A stretch of DNA of 62,666 nt, filler included, from Rhabdomonas costata (Eukaryota): assembly GCA_019059605.1 (NCBI GenBank). It is 39 parts of 39 records of this genome, joined end to end, with 100 filler letters (N's around TTAATTAATTAA, not from the genome) between each part and the next. Parts side by side here need not be neighbours in the genome. Positions count along the whole stretch, not along the records: positions 61,159 to 62,666 come from JAHMHO010014213.1; 38 more parts are not named here. One strand, 5' to 3'. Below are positions 61,987 through 62,666 of the stretch, piece by piece. The notes below the pieces were generated by a model. The model was given only the letters and a program-made list of their open reading frames with translations. It did not search any database and was not told the origin of the DNA. The translations under genes were made by a program, and so were the position numbers. Within the stretch, counting starts at the first letter, position 1; the number at the start of each line of letters is the position of its first letter.

Positions 61987-62666
61987 GCACGTTTGCCGTT
62001 GGCACGCGTCTTGTTACCTTGTTCGTTATTATTTATTTTCCACAACGGGCCGTGCAAAAGAGGCCCATGTTTTCCACATGTTCGGAAAAAGAAAAGCGGG
62101 GGAGGGGGGGGGGTTGAAGTCAAAATGAGAAGAAGGACAAAAGTTCAGCGAAAGGTCCGGGTGCAAACAGCACGGAACAGAAAAGAGATGAGAAGCGGGA
62201 ATGCATCTACAGTGGGGAGCGGTCGGGAGCAGAAAGGGATCACCGCAGAAGGATTGTACATTGTGTCCATCACTTTCACATTATAAAAAGGCACTATGCA
62301 CAGTACGATCCAGAAAAGTTGGGAAGGGGACTGGCAAAGATTGAAGAAAGACAACAATAGTACCGGCCGAAAGAATGGAAGAGGGACACAGCGGAGCTCG
62401 CGTGGAGAAAGAAGCACCGCATGAGGAGCGCGGGAACGCAACGGACGCAAGTACGGGAGAAGGGCCAAAAGAAAAGAAATGGGTGGTAGAGCACGTGCAA
62501 CTTCGAAGGCAGGAGGCGGGCACAGAATGGAAGGGGCGGATCAGACGAGGGTAATGGCGGCTGTTGTACAGGCGACGGAGAGGTCTATCGAACCGACAGG
62601 CCACACAGTCATCTACAACGACAACGTCTACAAAACATCAGACCCACCCGACGTCGCACCAAAACC

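Noticed and set aside
61398-62123. 241-aa minus-strand ORF
   Set aside because: Antisense shadow of the DCP2 exon, no recognisable motif
1-62666. A multi-gene system or operon spanning the window
   Set aside because: Contigs are concatenated roughly by length with artificial spacers, so adjacency has no biological meaning

Overview
This window is not a contiguous locus. It is a pseudo-scaffold of 39 unrelated ~1.51-kb contigs joined by 38 artificial 100-nt spacers (N44-TTAATTAATTAA-N44). Most contigs begin with G/T-only and end with A/C-only tails, typical of GenomePlex-type whole-genome amplification, so gene neighbourhood across spacers means nothing. The DNA is eukaryotic: short GC-rich exons, GT-AG introns, microsatellites and TTAGGG. 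An IFT81 C-terminus and a probable GH149 beta-1,3-glucan phosphorylase exon point to a flagellate, most plausibly a euglenid (inference). Recognisable exon fragments: saccharopine dehydrogenase-like, mitochondrial carrier, IFT81, Kelch, Roco/COR, PstS-like, ankyrin, glycosyltransferase-like, RRM, fucosyltransferase-like, LRR surface protein, WD40, F-box/LRR, ferric reductase and DCP2. The most notable items are an AT-rich, frameshifted virus-type fibre gene abutting host-like DNA (candidate endogenous virus), a candidate family of GTTTTT...AAAAAC hairpin elements with a shared core, an (HGHGHGSF)n protein, a protein built from one ~21-aa repeat per exon, and an inward-pointing (TTAGCG)n/TTAGGG array. 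All family calls come from motif recognition by eye; no database search was run.
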